Origin: Octopus sinensis
Lineage: Eukaryota
NCBI RefSeq assembly: GCF_006345805.1
Contig: NC_043011.1
Span: 62,570,464-62,634,463 of the forward strand
Direction of reading: 5' to 3'
Length of the DNA: 64,000 bases
Below, one piece after another: positions 55,046 to 64,000 of the stretch. The translations under genes were made by a program, and so were the position numbers. The notes beneath the pieces are model-generated. The model did no database searches and was not told the DNA's origin. It was given only the letters and a program-made list of their open reading frames with translations. How positions within the stretch are numbered: position 1 is the first letter of the stretch; every line of letters begins with the position of its first letter.

Positions 55046-55416
55046 ATGTTACTCGTCATATGACGATTCCGATGAAACACATTGTATATTTTACCACCTG
55101 AAGTTATATCAGCAAATACGATATGCATAAAATAGATATAATTTTACTTTTATCAAATTTCTTGCTGTTTATACAAAACGATGAAAAGAATGTTAATTTT
55201 CCAAAGAAAAGATATACGTTCTCTTACAATAAAATTACACAAACTACACACGTCTTCGTTTCACTTCCTGAGGAGATCAAATTTATCTTTTTACTTTACT
55301 TAGTTTTTGGTTTGATTTTGAATCCCAGAGTTCTTAAAGCAAAACATGAAAGGCGTTTCTTGTTTTCTCTTGTTTTTGTTAACACTACCAACATTGTTTT
55401 GCGTAAATATGTGAGT

Positions 55417-55454
<38 letters not shown>

Positions 55455-57608
55455 TGTGTGTGTGTGTGTAAGAAAGAGATCGAGAAATATTCTGAGTGTG
55501 TTTGTAGGTGTCAACTTCCGTGATATATAATCACCACGGATGAATCTTGTCTACCATTATATATTTTACTTTCACTATTTCAATACAAACTAGAAATTGA
55601 AGCGGAAAATGTCTTTTTCGCAATAATGTGTGTCCTAAGTTATTTCCACTATATTCTTAGATCTATGTGCTATTTAGAATTTGAAAATTGTTAGTCTGTT
55701 ACACACAGCAATTAATGTCGTTCGTTTCACACATGTATGTATATAATTATCTGCCATAATTAATCTTACAGATTTTTTCTCTTCTCCTCCCTTTTCTCCT
55801 CTGTTCTTTTTTCAGATTCTTATTCCTTTCCTCTGCATATAAACCTTTTTTTTAATTATACCCTACTTCAAAGCCTAGTATTTCTACTCTTCCTGCAACA
55901 CTTATATTAACTCTTTCTGTATCGCGTTTCTTATCTCTCTCCATCTCCATACAATTAAAACTGCCACTGGAGATTTATAAAAAAGAACCCAGCATTTCGA
56001 CAATTACACATTCATATACACAAACACGCATGCACTCACTCACACACAACACCCAACACACAGACACACAAGCACGCACATACACATGCACACATACGGA
56101 TGCTTGACCTTATTTTTAAAGCCTGATACTTTTATCGAACCGCTATGTTGTGGGGACGGTACCGATTGTTAAATGGCGGTGGGGGCTAAACGCCGACACA
56201 GAACTACACGTAGACGCATGCAAATATATATATATAAGACGGGCTTCTTTCACTTTCCGTCTACCAAATCCACTCTCAAGTCTTTAGTCGCTCCGAAACT
56301 ATAGTAGAAGCCAAATGCCGAAGGATCCACGCAGTGGCACTAACCCACAAACTGGCTGGCTGGGAAGCAAGCCACTTTGCACTAACACACACACACATAT
56401 ATATATAGGGAGAATTCACAAAAGAAAAAGTCTTAACGTTTCGAGCCCCCGCTTTTCCACAGAAAGGAACACAGAAAGAAACAAGGAAAGAAAATGCAGA
56501 ATGTGTAGTGGCTAGCGACACACACACACGCGCGCACATGTATATATATTTAATAGTGTAGGTATTTTCGGTTTCTATAGAGATTTAATAATACTAGACA
56601 AATTTACCGCAATGGAAAGCTGAAAACTCAATATATATCTTGTACAAGCATTGCAGTGAATCTTCTAGATATTACTATACATTACATAATTGTATGTATA
56701 TTTATAGACACACCTGTACGTACACATGCACAGATAAATGCTTCTGAGTGAGACTGGTGATGTTATTCTCGTCTGTTGTTCTTTAGTTCGATTCTGTCAT
56801 TATATTTCAAATGCGTGGAAAACCATTTCACTTAAACAGTACCAGGGCGTCGGTGATAAATTAGGTTATCGTCTCCCTAAAGAAGGATCAATACTTAGAG
56901 TATCAGGCTAAGAATCTTGAGATAGTGAGTTCAATTTCCAAACTGGGCCGTGTGTTGTTTCTTGAGCAAGACACTTCATTTCACTCAGCTGTAGAAACGA
57001 GTTGTGATGTCACTGATAACAAGCTGTATCGGCCTTTATCTTTCCCTTGGATAATATCAGTGGCATGAAGAGAGGACGCTGATATGCATGGGCCACTGCT
57101 GGTCATTCATAAACAACCTTGACCAGAGTGTGCCTCAGGGCGGAACTTACTCGGTGCAAACCCCTGATCATTTATGACCTAAGTGGGCCTTTACCTATTT
57201 TACTTTTAAGGGAGAAATGTAAAATCGCCCGTTGCGAGATTTGTATTCACGAGAAAGAGAACTAGTAGTACAACACTACCACAAAGCATTTCGTCCCACA
57301 CTATAACAATTGTGTTTGAGGTATCTCATTTCAGAATTTCCCCGATAAATCATAATTGGAACTTTACAACCGTCGTGACAGAATTTGTCAGCTGCCAAAA
57401 CAGTTTAATCCAGATAAGTCCTCTGCCATTTGTTCGATGTGATAAGCATGTATCTGCAGATCACACTACAGTCACACTTGGAAAAGGATAAGCTGGGTGG
57501 CTGATAGACTCATGTATGTATGTATGTATGTATGTATGTATGTATGTATGTATGTATGTATGTATGTATGTATGTATGTATGTATGTATGTACGTATCTA
57601 TCTATCTA

Positions 57609-57641
<33 letters not shown>

Positions 57642-57701
57642 GCTATCTATCAATCTATCTATCTATCTGTCTGTCTATCTATTTCTCTGTCCCTCTTGCT
57701 T

Positions 57702-57757
<56 letters not shown>

Positions 57758-59079
57758 CATATATATATATATTTATACATACATATATACACACATTCAC
57801 ACACACGCATATAAAAGTACGATTAAATACTTTCCCCACAAGTGTATCACAAAGCTTTACCGGTTATATTTCATTACAAATTCTTCCTTCTCCAAAAAAG
57901 CCTCTTTAAAACGTAACGTCGTTAAAATACCTCTTTAAAAAGTAACAAAACAGAGAATAGCATTGCTACGATGTGCGATGCAACAATGTATTGCATATTA
58001 AGATGAATTATGATAAATTTGTTAATCACCATAAATATGTAATGCATATTAACGTTAATACATTCATTTATTAATAAAAAATATGTAAGAAAATCATTTA
58101 TATATTTTAATTATGTTGAATCATATCACATTTTATGACGTATGAAAATGCAATAAAAATCTGAATATATTTAAAAACACTTTAAAACGGAATGCTCTTT
58201 TAATGTTTAGTTCATCCTGCACTGCATAACACAACGATTGTAGCAGTAAAGCTGTATAATATACATTAAATAAAATGTTATATATATATTAAATTTACCT
58301 GATGGATTGAGCCTTCTTTAATCATTCATTACATATTTATTAGTATAGGATAAATCCGATGAAGCAGTGGAAACCGTGACGGTGAGCCTGAAAGGAAAAC
58401 TTAGAAATTTCGCTTATCTTCAAGATATTCTGAGTTCAAAATCGGATGACATCCCTCTGTAATATAACTCCTGTTTGAAAGCTTGTTCGGTGAACTGAAT
58501 GCAGTCATCCAAACACTGCTGAGAATGAAAACATCAAATCACCACAGAGGGAAGATGATATCACACAACGAGTTAACAAAGATGAGCCTCATATATCACT
58601 TTGCATCAGTGTGTGGTATTGGGGGCATATATACGACGAGTTACTTTCAGTTTCCATCTACCAAATCCACTCCCATCGATTTGTTAGCTTTGGTCGGCCT
58701 GAGAATATATTTGCACAGTTTACGACGCAGTGGGACTGAACCCGAAACCATCTGGATCGGAAGCATGCATTTTTCCACACTGTCACGACCACGTCTAAAT
58801 TATTTATGTCTATAATCATACATACATACATACGTCCATACATACATACATACATACATACACACATACATACATATATACATACATACATACATACATA
58901 CATACATACATACTCCATACATACATACATACATACGTCCATACATACATACATACATATGAACATGACTTCTTACCCATCACAAATATATATATACATA
59001 CATATATATACACACACACATACACCCTTACCCTCACGGATCAGTATACTATGTGTGTGTGTATATATATAGATACATG

Positions 59080-59119
<40 letters not shown>

Positions 59120-59379
59120 TACATACATACACACACATATATATACATACATACTCACACACACACACACCACACACACACACACATATATATATTCTGT
59201 CTCCTATCGCTTCTGAGCTATTCTAGTCATAGAGCAGATATCGTATTAACGAGTTTCCCAAATTGTTTTTTTTTTTAATGTCAAAATGCAAAGATAGGTT
59301 TATTGTTTAGTTTATTCCAATAATGATCCATCTTCCATCGTTGCTTATTTTTTTTTTCATTGATAGTTTCTCATACTCA

Positions 59380-59425
<46 letters not shown>

Positions 59426-61254
59426 AAAGTATATCCGCATATTATTTTTCTCTTTTCGCTGACTTTCAGATATTCATATTCTCTGTGTTCATAAAAAAAA
59501 CCAAACCACAAAACCAAAAAAAAAAAAAAAACTACGATGGCTTATACGTAATATATCTGGCACGATACCACTTTCAAGATACCAGATATATTTCTACAAT
59601 TGTATATTATGAAAACTTACTTACCTAAAAAAGATTAACGTGAAATATTTCCTACAGGTTACATGTGAAAGTATAGCGCACCATTTCGGAACTATAATTA
59701 TAAATATATTTTCTACAATGTTTAAAGTTCAGCTGTGGGAGGATGGACCATTTACACAAATGTTCCTGCTTCTTTTCTTGTGTCGAGATATTTATGGTCT
59801 CCATACAGATTCGCAAGCAGAATGTACGAATGCGTTGGGGAGGGAATATCGTGTTGAAAGTAGGTGCTAAAAATATATCAAGTTTTTGGCTGTTTGAATG
59901 TATGTGTGTACATATATACATACATACGTACGTGCGTACGTACATTTATATAAATACATATGTATGTGTGTGTGCTTGTGTGTTCATAAGCAATGGAAGC
60001 AGAATTAAATCAAAATAGCCATATATATATTATACTTAGCATTGAAAGAAAGTTGATAAGCCAGTTATTCCGGTATCTTTTCTGGGGTAACCTATCTCAC
60101 GGACGTGCGTTGTTAAAAACCAAAATAAATATTGAGGGAGAAGAAAAGAATCAGTTGAATGTATACACAATGCCACGTGTAGTAGGTGTTTTGGGTCTTT
60201 TTTATTTCGTGGACCTTCCGCCAACCACGGACGCGTCAAGTATAGGAAACAATGAGTAAAACATGGGATGTCTTTAAGAGACTTCTTTTCGGGAGAAATT
60301 CTGCAGTCGTTTGTCTATCAACTGCGTCGTGGCACTCTATCGGTTACGACGACGGGGGTTCCAGTTGATCCGCACGTGAAATTAACGTGCAAGTGGCTGA
60401 GCACTCCACAGACACGTATACACTTAACGTAGTTTTCGGGGAGATTCAGCGTGAGACAGAGTGTGCCAAAGCCGGCCCTTTGAGATATAGATACAAGAGA
60501 AGCAGGAAGAAAGAGTGAGAGAAAGTTGTGGTAAAAGAGTAGGGTTCGACACCACCCCCTGCCGGGACCTCGTGAAGCTTTGAGTGTTTTCACTCAATAA
60601 ACATCCACAATGCCTGGTCTGGGAATCGAAACCTCGATCATACGACCACGATTGCACTAACCGCTGGGAAAATGCGCGTCTACGTATCAACGGCGTATAT
60701 ATATTGTTCTCAAATATTGGCACAAGGCTATCGATTTTGTGGTAATGCCCCAGGATCTTTCGGCGACCCCAATGGGCAACTGCTTCTAATTTTATTGACC
60801 CCGAAATGATGAAGGGCAAGGTCGACGTTCGCGCAATTTGAATTCAGAAATTGAAGACGGACGAATGCCTCGCACCATTTTGTCCAGCATGCTAATGAAT
60901 CAACCAGCTCACCGTACGAACGGTGTATATTATATATATATAATATATATAATATAATATTATAATATATAATATATTTATGTGTGTGTGTGTGTGGTGT
61001 GTGTGTGTGTGTATGTGTGTGGTGTGTGTGTGTGGCAAAGTAATTTATTTTACTAAGCCCTTTATAAAATATATATATATATATATATATATATACGTCT
61101 GCATGTGTGTGTATATATACGTGTGTGTTTGCGTGTATATATATATGTGTGTGTATATATATGCGTGTGTGTGTGTATATATATATATATGTGTGTATGT
61201 GTGTGTATTACATGTATATTGCTATAAACATGTATTTATATTATTTTACATTCT

Positions 61255-61556
61255 CTTATTCTTTTATTTATTTCAGTCATTTGACTGCGCCCATGCTGGA
61301 GCACCGCCTTTAGTCAAGCAAATCGACCCCAGGATTTATTATTTGGGAGCCTAGTACTTATTCTATCGTTCTCTTTTGCCGAAACGCTAAGTTACGGGGA
61401 CGTAAACACACCAGCATCGGTTGTCAAGAGATGGATGGAGTACAAACACAGGCACACAGACATATACACACACATACACATAAACATGCATACATATGTA
61501 TATATATATACATAAATACATATATACACACACACACAACATAATATATGTATTAT

Positions 61557-61600
<44 letters not shown>

Positions 61601-61773
61601 ACATATATACATATATACGACGGGCTTTCACTTTCCGTCTACCAAATCCACTCTCAAGACTTTGGTCGGCCCGAGGCTATAGTAGAAGACAGTTGCCCAA
61701 GGCTCCACGCAGTGGGACTGAACCCAGAACAATGTGGCTGGTAAGCAAGCTACTTACCTCACAGCCACTCCTG
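61255..61773 (-). mobile_element. Same CORE-type SINE family with expanded internal microsatellite
   Basis: Reverse-complement match. Further diverged or partial copies lie near 5042-5400, 7795-7975, 27315-27775, 37960-38100, 41230-41450, 56105-56380, 58630-58790 and 62638-62790. Confidence 0.8.
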
Positions 61774-62167
61774 AATACATTATGATACATAGGTATCTCT
61801 CTACCTCTCTCTCTCTACCTCTCTCTCTCTCCTCATCTCTCTTCCTTCACTTTCTCAATTTCTTTTTCTGTCTGTCTATGTGTGTGTGCGTACGAGTACT
61901 TCTGTATTAATATATTTGTAGATACCAACAATCACACGCATACACACACACATACATACACATCCGCATATACAAATTTACTGACATAAATTATGTCCAT
62001 GATTAGTTCAGGTCACGTCTAACTTAGAACTACATTAATTAATCTTCTAGAATTTATGTTATCTGCGTCTTTTGCCGAACCGTTAAGTTACGGGAATATA
62101 TTGCACCAACTTCGGTTTTCAAGCGACGGTGTGTGTAGGCGGAATAAAACACAGAAAAATAAAAAAG

Positions 62168-62490
62168 GAAAATACGCACACTTACATGGTTATAGAATAA
62201 TTTTTAATGTATCGACCGGTTACGTACACATATTCTTCCCCACCCAAAACCTAAACAGTTATCTCCCTTACAGACAACAATAACTATAATAACACCCAAT
62301 TACCTCCCTTTTCTTGTCAACTTATAAAATCATTCACTCGTGAATCTCATTATAAACAACATGGACCTATTTTCTTCTCAAGAAAAAATATATTTGCATA
62401 TAAATTACACATTGTATCATGAATAGCGATTGCGAAACCTGTCGATACATTAAAAAGTATACTATAACCATGTAAGTGTGCGTATTTTTC
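62168..62490. repeat. Inverted pair of the tail of the A3:U8 hammerhead family
   Basis: GAAAATACGCACACTTACATGGTTATAG...ATGTATCGACCGGTT is the reverse complement of 62435-62490. The left copy is truncated within the ribozyme. Confidence 0.8.
62413..62449 (+). ncRNA. Minimal hammerhead with A3:U8 core variant
   Basis: TGTATC-ATGAATA-GC-GATT-GC-GAAAC-CT-GTC-GATACA. Helix I is 6 bp; C3/G8 are replaced by the complementary A/U. Confidence 0.6.
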
Positions 62491-62998
62491 TTTTTTCTTT
62501 TTCTTATATACATACAATCCACCACGTGGGACAACCGAAATTCCTCTTTTCTGTTACTACTACTATATATATATATACATGCATATATATATATATAATA
62601 TATATATAGATATATATATATATATTATATATATACAACGTTCTTCTTTCAGTTCCTTCTAACAAAACTTTTCACAAGACATTGCTCGGCCCGTAGGTAC
62701 AGTAGAAGACATTTGCCCAAGGTGCCATGCAGTGGACCTGAAACCAGAACCATGCGGGTGGAAATCAAGCTTCTTACCACACAACCACTCGTACGCGTGG
62801 ATACATGTATGAATGTAGTTTTGAAACGTGATACAGGGAGCTCCCTATTCGGTGTATTTGGCGACATTTTGCTTGAAATTCATCTTAGAATTCAAATTCA
62901 ATAAATTCTGAATTGAAATATAAATTTATTAATACAAGTATACTCACACACACAACACACACTCTCATACATATTTACATATATGTGTGTATACACTC

Positions 62999-63036
<38 letters not shown>

Positions 63037-63277
63037 TATATATATGTATACAGAAAGTAAGAGAGAGAGAGAGGGGCAGAGAGAGAATTTATCGTGAGAG
63101 GGATGGAAGTGTTGCACTTGATCACTGCATCTTCACTGCAAACTAACCTAAGCGTACTTGGAGACTTCCGAAAATTAGCAATGCATGAGAAGTGACAGAA
63201 ACATGAATATTAAGAATAGTAATAATCATATCAATAATTATAGCATTAATAGCAACAACATCAACAACAACAACAAC

Positions 63278-63332
<55 letters not shown>

Positions 63333-63794
63333 TTAATAATAATAATAAATGATGACATAAATAACATAAAATAGTGAAAGAAAGGGAAGAAGGAATTGGA
63401 ATTTCACAAAACAAAAATAATATAAACTTAAAAACAAATATTTTTATAGAAATTTGGAAAATAGATGAAATGCAACGAATAATGTTATGCAACGAATAAT
63501 GAGGTAAGAAAGGAAAAAGAAACGAATATAATGAAGTAATATTTCGAGTGTTCTTCATCTTCTGGAAATTATCAAGTCTACTTTTTGAGGAAAGAAATGT
63601 AATTTGAAATCGGAAAATATAAATATTAGCGCAAAGAAAGCATAAAAAAAAACCTGTAGCGTGAGTGGTTGGAATGAGATAAAACGTCATATTCGGACTC
63701 CTTTTAATTTGGAAGAAATTTCTCATTTACGATGTTAGGAAGGAAATCAATTACGTGGAAAGCCATTAATATACATATGTATATATATATATAT

Positions 63795-63888
<94 letters not shown>

Positions 63889-63902
63889 ATATATATATAC
63901 AT

Positions 63903-63941
<39 letters not shown>

Positions 63942-64000
63942 TGTATGTATCAATATATATCTGTAAATATGTATATGTATGTATGTATGTACATTCTTTG

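Overview
This is repeat-dense, gene-poor animal DNA. The SINE families and the (TA)n/(CA)n/(TATC)n microsatellite load point to an octopod cephalopod (inference). There is one 100-N gap at 36947-37046. No protein-coding host gene could be recognised, and most ORF-track hits are microsatellite translations. Recognisable mobile DNA: a 5'-truncated CR1-group LINE (18.9-21.8 kb) plus a shorter copy, two RTE LINE 3' ends, two mariner relics, a Tc1/mariner MITE, a non-autonomous Helitron, many tRNA-derived SINEs, and several fold-back repeats. The main observation is a set of minimal type I hammerhead ribozyme (HHR) motifs from several unrelated repeat families. Four sit in a 601-bp head-to-tail array (8427-10865), each with an intact core, GUC site, palindromic helix III and a ~80-nt extended helix II. 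That layout matches a non-LTR retrozyme or Penelope-like terminal-repeat array, which could release ~600-nt monomeric or circular RNAs. Other copies carry compensatory A3:U8 and U3:A8 core variants. All structures were folded by eye and none is experimentally or computationally confirmed.
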